From assembly GCF_000143415.4 (NCBI RefSeq), contig NW_003314404.1, positions 124,001 through 188,000 on the forward strand: a DNA stretch of 64,000 bases, read 5' to 3'. Every line of letters begins with the position of its first letter. Within the stretch, counting starts at the first letter, position 1. This document shows, in pieces, positions 12,418 through 23,984 of the stretch. Below the pieces are notes generated by a model. The model was given only the letters and a program-made list of their open reading frames with translations. It was not told the DNA's origin and ran no database searches. The stretch is from Selaginella moellendorffii. Taxonomy: Eukaryota; Plantae; Lycopodiophyta. The position numbers were made by a program, and so were the translations under genes.

Positions 12418-14430
12418 ATGGCGGCCAAGCTCGCGCTTCTCGACGACGGCAGCGATGGCGAGGCTGAGCCGACGCTGCGGATAAACGAGGAGTACGCGAA
12501 GAGGTTGGAGCACAACAAGCGGCGGGAGGATCTCCAGCGGCTGCAAGAGCTTCGAAAGCGCGGGCTTGTGGACACGGATTCGTCGTCCGAGGAGGACGAG
12601 GATGAAGACGAGGATGGAGTGCTGCCGGAGAAGACCGAGGTACGAATTTTAGAGACGCTAGCCAGGATCAAGAAGAAGGATCCCAGCATTTACAAGCCAG
12701 AGGTGAAGTTTTTCGAAGACGATGGTGATGAAGACGAAGACGTCGAGGAAGAGAAGGCTTTGAAGGAGAGGAAGAAACCAGTGTATCTGAAAGATGTTGT
12801 GGCCAAGCAGGCTCTGGAAAATCCTGAGGGCGACGAGGACGAGGAGGATGGAAATCCTCCCATCAAGACCTATGCTCAAGAACAGCAGGAGCTTAAAGAT
12901 GCGCTTCGCAAGAGTTTTGCTGCGGCGGTCGAGGACGACGATGATGAGGAAGGGCTCTTCACGGTCAGGAAGAAGAGCAAAGAGGAGCTGAGGCGAGAGG
13001 AAGAACAGGCCGAGAAACTGAGGAAGGAAGCTCCTGTTTCTCAGAAGTTGGAAGAGTACTTTGGGAAGGACGATGATCTCGACGAGAAGGATAGGTTTCT
13101 CAAGAACTATCTCCAGAACCAGGGATGGATCGACAAGAACAAAGACAAGCTACCGTCTTACGAGGATGTGATTGGGGAAGTGAGTGAGGAGGAAGAGGAG
13201 CTCGACGATCAGGACCGGTATGAGTCTCTACTTAACTTTCGTTTCGAGGAGGGTGGCGATTCCCAGGTACTTGGACACTCGAGAGTGGTGGAGGACTCGG
13301 TGAGAAAGATATCCGAGAAGAGGAAGGAGCGGAGGCGGAAGAAGCAGGAAAGGCTCGCACAGGCAGAGTTGGCGAGGCAGGAAGAGGTGAAGAGGCTCAA
13401 AAACGTGAAGAAGAAAGAGATGATGGAGAAGCTGTCGAAGATCCAAACTGTTGCTGGGATCCAGGCAGGGCCTGGTAAGATCGATGAGGGTGATCTAGAG
13501 GAGGACTTCGATCCCGACGAGCACGATAGGAAAATGCAGCAGCTTTTCGGCGAGGACTACTACAACGATGAGGATCCAGACTTCCACTCTGGTGATGGAG
13601 AAGCAGCAGGCATGGATGGCATGGATTTTGATGAGGGGATAGAGAAGAGTGAAGACGAAGGACTCGTAAGCCTGGACTACGAAGACAAGATTTCGGACAT
13701 GCCAACGCGGTTTAAGTACGCTCAAGTGAGGCCGAACAGGTTTGGCTTGTCGACGGCACAGATATTGGATGCGGACGAGAAGGAGCTCAATCAGTACGTG
13801 TCGGTGAAGGCAATGGCACCATACAGGACGGAGGAATGGATTCCTCGTGGCAAGTATCACCGTTTGGCAAAGAAGGCGAAAAAGGAGAAGCAAGCTGCCG
13901 ATGAAGGGACTGGTGGCGATACTGGTGGCGATACTCCTGTTTCTCAGCAACACACGAAGAAAAAGAAGAAGAAGCAGCAACAGCAGCAGAAAGAACCGGA
14001 AGCTCAGGCAGAAGAAGCGGCAGTAGTAGAAGCAAAAATAGCAAAGAAGGAGAAGAGAAAAGTTGACGAGCAGGCACTGTCGCTACCAAGGGAGATCAAA
14101 TGCCAGAAGACAAAGGAGAAGCTTGATGAAACGGAAGTTCCTGGCGAAGAACAGGCACTGCGAGAGGCAGAGAAGAAGGCGAAGAAGGAGAAGCAGCACA
14201 AGAAAGTGGAAGGTCTCCATGACAAGGCTGAAGAACACCAGCCACCACGGAAGAAAACGAAGAACGAGGGAGTGGAAGTCGATGCCACTCCAGGAGCCAG
14301 CGCTGCCGCGGAGGGAGAGAGTGGTCCCGGAAAGAAAAAACGGAGGAGGAAGAAGCAGGGACTTAACATGTCCCAGAGCAGGCTTCTATCGTATGGGAAG
14401 ATCGATCTGCCCAAGAAAAAGCGCAAGTGA
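12418..14430 (+). CDS. KRI1: KRI1-like 40S ribosome biogenesis protein (single exon, 670 aa)
   Basis: INEEYAKRLEHNKRREDLQRL, YLKDV, NFRFEE, EEDFDPDEHDRKM, PTRFKY..V.PN.FGLS...ILDADEKELNQYVS and a C-terminal SRLLSYG. Confidence 0.95.
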   Translation: MAAKLALLDDGSDGEAEPTLRINEEYAKRLEHNKRREDLQRLQELRKRGLVDTDSSSEEDEDEDEDGVLPEKTEVRILETLARIKKKDPSIYKPEVKFFEDDGDEDEDVEEEKALKERKKPVYLKDVVAKQALENPEGDEDEEDGNPPIKTYAQEQQELKDALRKSFAAAVEDDDDEEGLFTVRKKSKEELRREEEQAEKLRKEAPVSQKLEEYFGKDDDLDEKDRFLKNYLQNQGWIDKNKDKLPSYEDVIGEVSEEEEELDDQDRYESLLNFRFEEGGDSQVLGHSRVVEDSVRKISEKRKERRRKKQERLAQAELARQEEVKRLKNVKKKEMMEKLSKIQTVAGIQAGPGKIDEGDLEEDFDPDEHDRKMQQLFGEDYYNDEDPDFHSGDGEAAGMDGMDFDEGIEKSEDEGLVSLDYEDKISDMPTRFKYAQVRPNRFGLSTAQILDADEKELNQYVSVKAMAPYRTEEWIPRGKYHRLAKKAKKEKQAADEGTGGDTGGDTPVSQQHTKKKKKKQQQQQKEPEAQAEEAAVVEAKIAKKEKRKVDEQALSLPREIKCQKTKEKLDETEVPGEEQALREAEKKAKKEKQHKKVEGLHDKAEEHQPPRKKTKNEGVEVDATPGASAAAEGESGPGKKKRRRKKQGLNMSQSRLLSYGKIDLPKKKRK

Positions 14431-14829
14431 TGAAGTCGCCGGTTCTGTTGCACTAAAATCTGTTCCTCGTTCTCCTTGATCGTGCGCTCGCGGGGAGAGG
14501 CGTCGGAATCTCTCGGACCAGCTAGGGGGAGGCGATCTTGGCCAGCAGATCGTTGGTGACGATAATGTTGGTGCTCTTGACGTGCTTGTGCACAAAAGTC
14601 AATGGATTTGGAGCTGGAGTTTTGGGCAGACATTTCGATTCAGGGGAAGGAGGCTTTCACCACCCCGTTGAGGGAGTTGTCCAGGGAGTCCCAAGACAGG
14701 CCTATATGCATTCATGCCACGGACAACTTGCAGAGGCTAGCAAAATCGGCGGGGATCGTCCGGAAGAAAGGGAGCTTCGTGGGGAACTTCATCGAGCTTC
14801 ACCAGCGTCCACTCTGGATGCATGCTTTT

Positions 14830-15044
14830 GCAAGGGCAAGCAAGTATATATTTGCTACGAGAATGAGGAGAGTGTGAATCTCCGGGAGGTGCTGCACAGC
14901 TCTGTGTTGTCAAGCTGGATATCATAGCTCTAGGTTGTGTGCTAGGCCTCAACTATCTCCATGACCACAAGGTGGCTACATATATCATAGCTCTAGGTTG
15001 TGTGCTAGGCCTCAACTATCTCCATGACCACAAGGTGGCTACAT
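14830..15044 (+). pseudogene. Receptor-like kinase fragment with a 63-bp tandem duplication (14919-14981, 14982-15044)
   Basis: VYICYE...NLREVLH...SW..IIALGCVLGLNYLHDH resembles RLK subdomains V-VIa. Confidence 0.65.
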
Positions 15045-16929
15045 GGAAGCAGTCATATATTTAGTTAAAGTTTAAAAAATTAATACATTATTCTGAAATA
15101 GTTTAAGTTTTTTAAAAATATTATCAAATATCTAATTGAATAGTTAAATTAAAATTTACACCATTAAATATTTCAAAATTAATTTATAAATTAATTACAT
15201 TTCCTTTTATTTGATTTTGTTATTAAAATGGGAGTACTCTCTTGTCTCAATGACTCCTTCTACGGTGGCCAATGTGGGGAAATTTGAAATTGACTTTACC
15301 CCAGAGTGGGAGAAAATTCTTTCTTTAGGAGGAGCAAAACACTTCAATATTTCTATCTACTCCTTGATAACACACTCAAAAATTTATTTCTGAACTTTAT
15401 ATTTTAAAATTTTACTCCAAGATATATACTTTTATAATAAAAATAAAATAAAAATAATTTTAAGGCTTATAATTAAGATGAAAAATATTAAATTAATTTA
15501 TATAAAATACTAATACAATAAATAAAATTAATATATATACTTGATTATAAGATGAATAAACTCATCTATAAATGCATATCCTTATAAACTACTAATAAGT
15601 TTTCATTATTAAATAAAAATAAACTTAAAATTATATTATATTATATAAAATGTGTGCTTCCAGACAAATGAATATACTTTTATTTATTGAATAATCACAT
15701 GTACTCTTTATATGAATTTTAATATAAAGTATATTTTTAATAATTTAGTATTAAAATATCTGTAAAACTTATAAAGAAAAATCATGTTAAATAAATAGTA
15801 TTACATTATAATAAAATAAATAAATAAGAATAAGAATAAGAATTTCAAAAACAAAAAATAAAAGAAGGAAAAATTATTTTTATTAAAAGTAATATTTAAG
15901 AATAAATAATCAAAGTATTGTCAAAAGTTATTCATTTATTTTGAGTGTTCTTTCCTTTTTGTTAGCAAAGATCTAAAATCTAAAATAATAAATTTATCTA
16001 ATATCTTTATTTATTTTTACAAAAATACAAAAATTAACTTGCTAGAAAGGCAAACACTCTTACCTTGTTCTTCATCTTAAGTTTTTAAAGCTTTAAGCCT
16101 ACTTTTTCCAATTTTCTATGATCAAGACAAACAATTAACCTTAATTGGTGATTTAAAGTATTAGCAAATTCAGGCATTGTGCAAGAAATATAAAATTCGT
16201 GCAAATGAGCACAAGGAAGTGATGCTCAAGGAACTTATAACTTTTGCCAATCTCTAGGATGGTGGCAACATGGCTTTGATATTGTGCTTCAATCCCAATC
16301 TACACACCCCGAGAAGAATAACAAATATAACCTCAAGTAATGGTAGAAACATATGGGTCTTCATAGAAGATTCTAGTATCAAAAGATATATTAGTTTATG
16401 TTTTAATGAATTACATAACAATTTATTATGAAATCTTTTGCTTAATAATAGTTTTGTTATTACTTATTAATCCAATTAATCAAATAAAGTTTATATTATA
16501 AGTATAATTGTAATTATAAACACAAGATTAATCTTATTGCATATTAACCATTAGATGATAGAATAAAAAAATATACTAGAAAGGATTTAAGAAAGTTAAT
16601 AAATTATAAATACAAGATTAATCTAAATGAATAACAACCGTTAGATGGTAGAATATCTTAGAATATTCAAGCATATTTTAGGTATATTCACTAGTATCAA
16701 ACCAAAAACAAACTTTACTTTAATATTTATTTTAAATACACAAGAATATATCGAGATACGCTTATAGGAAGGTGCGTTCTTTGCACTTGCAGCAGACCAT
16801 TCTTCACCAGGCTTTTTTGTGCCATGGTTGGAAATTTTTGAAACGAGATGGTGAATAAACTGGATGGAATGGTGTCAATTCTTGCTCACTCATTGGGATG
16901 GATTGGTGATTGGGAGCTTCAGCGTTGTG

Positions 16930-17110
16930 ATTTGGGGATTTGGAGATCTCGAGACCTACGCATCGCTCCTCCGGCAATGCACGAGCGCCACGGCTCTGGA
17001 TCTCGGGCAGCTCCTTCACGAGGAAATCCTGTTCTCCCAAACGTAATCGCAGCATCCATTCCTGGGAAATCGCTCAAGTTGTGAGGCAAGAGATGGATTT
17101 GGAAAATCGA
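16930..17110 (+). pseudogene. PLS-PPR N-terminal fragment
   Basis: DLETYASLLRQC...ALDLGQLLHEEI. Confidence 0.55.
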
Positions 17111-17739
17111 AGCGCGGAATAAGATTGAGAAGAAGATCAAGAATGCGCTTAAAAATTGCCCATCACATCCTTCTTGGACGAAACACTGTAAAAGCTTCTG
17201 TGGATTTATAAACGAAATTATATTATCGTGAAGAATTACCAATCGATAGAACCTCCATCACAGCTTTACGCATTGAATCTTACAGACTTTGAAGACTTTC
17301 CCAGGGCTCGTGATGACTAATCATCAACGAGCACTGAGGAATCGAACGTAATTGCAGCATGTCCTGTGGTTTATGATTTCCAAGCGCTCAAGTTGTGAGG
17401 CACAATCCATGGGGGCACTTCTAAGAGCAAGAGATGGATCTGGGAGAAGAATCAAAGCGCAGACAAGGATTGCAAGAGGGACCATTTCACGAGATGGATG
17501 GAGTTAGATTGAGAATGCACTTAAAACGTGACACTGGTAAAGAAATCTCCATACAGAGAATCCTTTTCGTTTTGGCTCGCAACTATAGAGCTACTTTTTA
17601 AACATTTTCTGTAAATGGCGCTTAAAAACATTTGGTCAGCGCATTCCAACCGTCCGGTCAAAATAGTCAACGTGACGCATAGCTGGAACGCCTCTAGTTT
17701 GGGTCGTCCGCCGGTACCGCGCGTCATACTCTGGGCAAG

Positions 17740-19662
17740 TTATTGTATGAAACGTCCATCGGAGGACTCGATCACTCTCATCAAGTCCTCGTTGTATCTC
17801 AGAACCTGAAATTGGCGCCTCAGACCCACAAATATAAGCCTTGTCCATTACCTCGTTTTGTATCAGCTCCACTTCGTCGTGTAAGGCCTTGAGCCCGGCT
17901 TCTTTCTTCGACCGAGCCTCGTTTAAGTTACTTGTGATCATTTCCACCTGCAAAAGAATTTGAATCTGAAGAGCAAACCAAATCAAGCGTTCGTACCTCG
18001 TCTTGCTTTCTCGCGATTTGCTCTTCCTGTTTATCCAGTTGATCAATCAGAGGCGCATTTTGCAACCTGAAATCTTCAAGCTCCTTGTCCGCCTCCTGGC
18101 ACTTGACGTCGAAGGACGAATCTAGCTTCTCCAGTAGATTGTGAAAATGCTGGCCTGAAAGATACTTGAGTTAGTATCACATGTGAATACCAAGTTGTCA
18201 CCTTCGATTTTCAGCTTTTCCAGCTGCGCACTGATAACCGAATGCTTCTCTTCATTCTCTTTAAGTTTCATCTTCATCTCCTTCGAATCTTTCACCATTT
18301 TCTTCTGAAGAGCCGCCTGTACAGCAAAACAAGTCAATCCGTCGTGCGAGTCGAGCGAGAGTAACGAAATTACCTGCTTGTCCAGCGAGTCCATCATATC
18401 AAGGCATTTTTGCACTTTCCTTTTCGCCTAAGAGGTTGCAACATGATATAAGTTTTGCTCGGCCAAGGAAAGACAAAAAAAAAAAAAAAACAAGTTAACG
18501 CACTTTTGTGTATGCCTCGTACTTGTGCTTCCATTTGACGACAGATTGACGGGCCGATTCAACCTCAGCTTCCGCATTCTGAACAGCCGCCCTCCTGTCT
18601 TCAAGCATTTTCTGGAAAGGGAGCCCAACGTTAGACCGAAAAGAACAACAAAAAGGAAAAGTAGAATATAGAATTTCAGAGCTTACCCGAAGCTTGTCGG
18701 GAGATTGTACAATCTGTGTCCGCAGCTGGAACCCTTCTTGTTTCATTTGAGCAACAGAGGCTTTCTCGCTTACAATCTAAATACAAACCAACATCTCACT
18801 GTTTAGGAAGAAGAAAAAAACTCCACAGTCCCTCACCTTTTCAGTCAGCTTATTCAGCTCCTCTTTGATCCCGCGTATGTCGCTTTGCAACACGGCCTGT
18901 TGTTTGTTGAGAGCGTAGATTTTCTGCTCCAGTTCTTTCGCCTCCACGGATAATTTCTGGACTTGAGGCTCCTCAGCTTTTCGCTCCGCCTCGTTTTGAG
19001 CAATTGCGTTTTGAAGCTAAAGATGAAGAAATGAGCATGTTCTTGTCACAGAAAGAAAGCAGCCTTCTCACCTGTATCCTGGTTTCTTCCAATTGCTGGA
19101 TTCTGTCCACAAGCTCAGTCTCGGTATCTGGAAGTTCCCTCTCCGCTCTATGCAAAATCAGCATTCTCGAGTGTGATTTATAGAAGAAAGAGGAAAGAAA
19201 ACAAGAAAAAAAAAACTCCACACCTGAAGTATGCAAAGTTGATCACAGCGCTCAGCGCGTGGACTGTTCTAGCCGGCTCCGGCCTGAAAATATCCCTGGT
19301 TCCGAAATCATCCACACCAGCGGCATGCATGAGCTTGGAAATCGCACGAAACGACGCCAGAGTCCCGACTGAATCAGCATAGAGCTCCTGATGCCGCACG
19401 CAATCCAAGGCGCCAAGAACGGGCTGCTGGAGCTCATTCCTAGAAAGACGCTCACTCATGGAGAAAGAACGGATTCCATCGCTTACCTGGGGATTCCCAC
19501 AAGGTATTGCACCAGATTCTCGTATAGCGGCCAGATGATCTCCCTAGACGGCTTTACCAGATTCTCCTCCGAGAGGTCGGTCACGCCGATCTGCGCCAGG
19601 CACTTGAGGATCTCCTTCCTCTCGAGCGTGGGGAACGAGTAAGTGTTGCGTGACCCGGCCAT
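17740..19662 (-). CDS. NUF2: Kinetochore protein NUF2 (multi-exon)
   Basis: N-terminal YSFPTLERKEILKCL, DIFRPEPARTVHALSAVINFAYFR, IVQSPDKL and a coiled-coil C-terminus. Many short GT-AG introns; stop at 17740. Confidence 0.92.
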
Positions 19663-19809
19663 GGAAGAGCATAAACCCTAGAAAACAATTTGGCGGGAAG
19701 AGTTTAAACTCTATACACGTTGCCCGCCATGCTGGGTGCCACGCGATCACATTGACCCTAGCAGTGTGCTCGTTGACTAAATTGACCAGGCGCGTTGACT
19801 GGCACCGTA

Positions 19810-22078
19810 TCACGTTTTCGAGATGAAAAAATCCGCTATTGTTGTCGGCTTTCCTCGCTTGTTTCTTTGGACACCCAGTCTACCCTGTAATTCTTGCTGG
19901 ATTTCAGAGGGAAGCTCTGCAAACACGCTGTGATCGATCTCTTCCTGCTTATACTCCCAAGCCACAGTTTCTTCCTTCCTCTCCGGTTGGAGTGATGCTT
20001 TTCTCTGCCAGAGATCTGTGAGCTTCGCTGGTTTTCTTGACGGCGGTGGTGAGATGGATTCCGGAATGGAGCCGTCTGTGGGAACACTAGCGCCAGCCCT
20101 GTCTTCCTCAAGACGTACCTCCTTGGAGATCGATGGGCACTGTTGTTGCTGCTCACTGGCGTTTCCAGGGTCCCCTGTTACTGGAGGCCGCGTGCCAAAG
20201 TACTGAGTGATTGGGTTTACTCCCTGGAAAGACCAAACAACATCCTTACTAATGGTTTGAAAAGATCACGTCTTTACCATCGGCTTCGCCATGATATTTG
20301 ATGCAGTAAGAGAAAGTCCTGTCACTGCCCAGCTGCTGGTTATCTCGCTTTGCTCCTTTCCAGCTGACTGGTGAGAACAAAACTCGTGCAAGCTTCGCTC
20401 AAAGAGGTATCGGCTGTCCTCTACGATCTTGTCTACGCCATATCTTAAAGGCCGCGACTTTGAGGAGAACTTTGGAGCCTCCGTGGCTCGTCCTTCCTGA
20501 AACCAAGAGAGCGATAAGTAAGGACCAAAACACAAAAGTTTAGCTGAGACTTACAATGTGACAGCTCGCATGAATTGTGAGAAGATGCGCGGTGCGATTG
20601 TTTTGTGAAAGATCTTCGTCCAAACGAAGTTGAAGAGTTTCTGCTAGCTCCTTAAGCCAATATACAACCTGTAAGAGAAATGTCGCTCTGTTAATTCATG
20701 CGTAGTCAAGAAACTAACCTTACAGTCTCAAGTGTTTTCAACGCCCGAGGACCTGGAAACGTTTTACCGCTGCTGTGACTTTTTGGAAGCGTTCGATCTT
20801 GAACCTCGTCCCCGTTTATGCCGCGAGCAGTATTCCACAGCCAAGTCCTACCGCAAAAGAAGATGAGTTAAAGGCTCGATAGACTCGGAATAAAGTTCCT
20901 TACCCAGTGTTTGGGCCATACATATCCTGCAATTTCACTTCGGAAAACTGCAAGAGATCTCCAACCGTTTTTACTCCAAGCTCCCCTTCAAGTTCTTGTC
21001 CAAGCTTGCCTCCTAGTTTTCCGCTGAACACAAGATCCATACTTGTATAACCAAAAGAAAAAAGTAATCAACGAGAGCTACATTTTACTTATAGGCAAGG
21101 TTGCGAGTAAAGATTCAACCGCCGATGACGGGACTAACGTTTGTTGAGCAGGCTTGTGCATTCCACTCGAGAGCTTCGCAAGCATCTACACAAGACCGGA
21201 ATCACTTAGTCCCCCAAAACGTAAAACATACTTTGTTGTGAGCTACGCCGGCTGAACAAGTAAATTCAGTTTCAGCTAGAACTGCCAAACGAATGTCCGC
21301 AACGATAATTGCGCCACACGCTAGCAAATGATCTTCGCGGCTTGCATCCGGCCTACAAAACCATTCTTTCGTGCCAAGCTCCTACAACGCACACACGCCA
21401 AGTCATAAACCACGGCAGAACTTTCAAGCCATCGCACCTGGGGAAGTCCAACAATATGGGACGTCGATGCTTCCTCGCTCACGAGCGTCGACAAATCCTT
21501 TGAAGAAAGCCTCTTGGCAGCCTCGGTAACGTCAAGGTACACTTCGTCAATGGAGGCTCTCTCGCATTTTCCAACGCGCGAAAGCACTGCAACCACCTGG
21601 AAATGGAAGAAATAGCGACCCCTTGCACTTTTTTCTTGGACTTACTTCGGAGCCAGCGTCTCGATAGATTGAAAGATCAGCCTTTTCGTGCAGAACAGGC
21701 ACTTGAACCAGATTGAGATCCGGGCACACCGCCTTTGCAGCATCACCTCGCATTGAGCTGAAGAAAAGAAAAAGAAAAAGAAAAACACCTTCGCTGCTTA
21801 AAAGTTACGAAATCTTAGGAGCTTACCGTTTGACACCGCATTTGCGAGCTTCGTAGCCAACAGCGATGCAAGCTCCACCCTTCCAAGAATTGTACTGAAT
21901 CACGGCCGTGGGCTTCCCCCGCAACTGGGGCTGCCTTCGCTGCTCCACTGCATCAAGAAAAAACCACCAATCAACAAGCGCCGGAAAGCTCTATTCCCAC
22001 ACCTTGGACGTAGAAGCAATCGAGATCAACGTGCGCTATTACCCGAATGCGGCTCGCGGGGCGCCTTGCCAGTGGCAT
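19810..22078 (-). CDS. POLH: DNA polymerase eta (Y family, multi-exon)
   Basis: VIAHVDLDCFYVQ, CIAVGYEAR, ERASIDEVYLD, FTCSAGVAHNK, LPKSHSSGKTF, a ubiquitin-binding-type motif EEIDHSVFAELPSEIQQEL and a PIP-like TIADFF. Confidence 0.95.
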
Positions 22079-22257
22079 CTCTCGCCCTAATTTCAAACCA
22101 GGAAGATGCAACAAAATTAGTGCAAGAGAATCGAACTGCAGACTCTTCGTCACATGATTATTTTATTTCTTGAATACTGATGCAAAGCCGCGAAGATCAC
22201 TTACATTTGTTTGGCAGTTCTAGCTGAAACTGAATTCACTTCGGCGTAGCGCACAAC

Positions 22258-22417
22258 GAGAACCTGGTAAAGCCGTCTAGGGAGATCATCTGGCCGCTGT
22301 ACGAGAATCTGGTGCAATACCTTGTGAGAATCCCCAGGTAAGCGATGGAATCCATTCGTTCTCCATGGGTGAGCGTCTTTCTCGTCTTAGGAATGAGCTC
22401 CAGCAGCCCGTTCTTGG
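22258..22417 (+). pseudogene. NUF2 fragment (end of exon 1, intron 1, start of exon 2)
   Basis: Inverted near-identical copy of about 19411-19566. Confidence 0.9.
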
Positions 22418-23892
22418 TGCAAGCCGCGAAGTTCACTTGCTAGCGTGTGGCGCAATTATCATTGGACATTCGTTTGGCAGTTCTAGCTGAAACTGAATTC
22501 ACTTCGGCGTAGCTCACAACAAAGTATGTTTTACGTTTTGAGGGACTAAGAGATTCCGGCCTTGTGTAGATGCTTGCGAAGCTCTCGAGTGGAATGCACA
22601 AGCCTGCTCAACAAACGTTAGTCCCGTCTTCAGCGGTTGAATCCTTACTCGCAACCTTGCTTATAAGTAAAATGTAGCTCTCTTGATTACTTTTTTCTTT
22701 TGTTTATACAAGTATGGATCTTGTGTTCAGCGGAAAACTAGGAGGCAAGCTTGGACAAGAACTTGAAGGGGAGCTTGGAGTAAAAACGGTTGGAGGTCTC
22801 TTGCAGTTTTCCGAAGTGAAATTGCAGGATATGTATGGGCCAAACACTGGGTAAGGAACTTTACTCCGAGTTTATCGAGCCTCTAACTCATCTTCTTTCG
22901 CGGTAGGACTTGGCTGTGGAATACTTCTCGCGGCATAAACGGGGACGAGGTTCAAGATCGAACGCTTCCAAAAAGTCACAGCAGCGGTAAAACGTTTCCA
23001 GGTCCTCAAGCGTTGAAAACACTTGAGACTCTAAGGTTAGTTTTCTGACTACGCATGGATTAACAGAGCGACATTTCTCTTACAGGTTGTATATTGGCTT
23101 AAGGAGCTAGCAGAAACTCTCCAACTTCGTTTGGACGAAGATCTTTCACAAAACAATCGTACTGCACAGCATCTTCTCACAATTCATGCGAGCTGTCACA
23201 TTGTAAGTCTCAGCTAAAATTTTGTGTCTTGGTCCTTACTTATCGTTCCCTTTGTTTCAGGAAAGTCGTGCCACGGAGGCTCCAAAGTTCTCCTCAAAGT
23301 CGCGGCCTTTAAGATATGGCGTAGACAAGATCGTAGAGGACAGCCGATACCTCTTCGAGTGAAGCTTGCACGAGTTTTGCTCTCACCAGTCAGCTGGAAA
23401 GGAGCAAAGTGAGATAACCAGCAGCTGGGCAGTGACAGGACTTTCTCTTACTGCATCAAATATCATGGCGAAGCCGATGGTAAAGACGTGATCTTTTCAA
23501 ACCATTAGTAAGCATGTTGTTTGCTCTTTCCAGGGAGTGAATCCAATCACTCAGTACGTTGACACAAGGCCTCCAGTAACAGGAGACCCTGGGAACGCCA
23601 GTGAGCAACAACAACAGTGCCCAGTGATCTTCAAGGAGGTACATCTTGAGGAAGACAGGGCTGGCGCTAGTGTTCCCGTGGTGTTCCCACAGACGGCTCC
23701 CTTCCGGAATCCATCTCACCACCACCGTCAAGAAAACCAGCGAAGCTCACAGATCTCTGGCAGAGAAAAACATCACTCCAACCGGAAGAAACCGTGGTTT
23801 GGGAGTATAAGCAGGAAGAGATCGATCCCAGCGTGTTTGCAGAGCTTCCTTCTGAAATCCAGCAAGAATTACAGGGTAGACTGTCCAAAGAA
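22418..23892 (+). pseudogene. 5'-truncated inverted duplicate of POLH with introns retained
   Basis: Reverse complement of about 19862-21346 with small indels and premature stops. Confidence 0.93.
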
Positions 23893-23984
23893 AACTAGTG
23901 AATGTTTTACCGCTGCTTCGACAACTGTACCTAGCCTTTTAAACCGGATATCTTAGGTCAGGTCAGTTTGTAGGGGCGAGCGCA

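Noticed and set aside
15050-16750. Very AT-rich tract (also 26.2-27.5 kb and 49-50.5 kb)
   Set aside because: No element ends or coding motifs recognised; treated as intergenic.
17805-17855. Possible GC-AG intron in NUF2
   Set aside because: A canonical in-frame GT donor (GAG|GTAATG) explains it.
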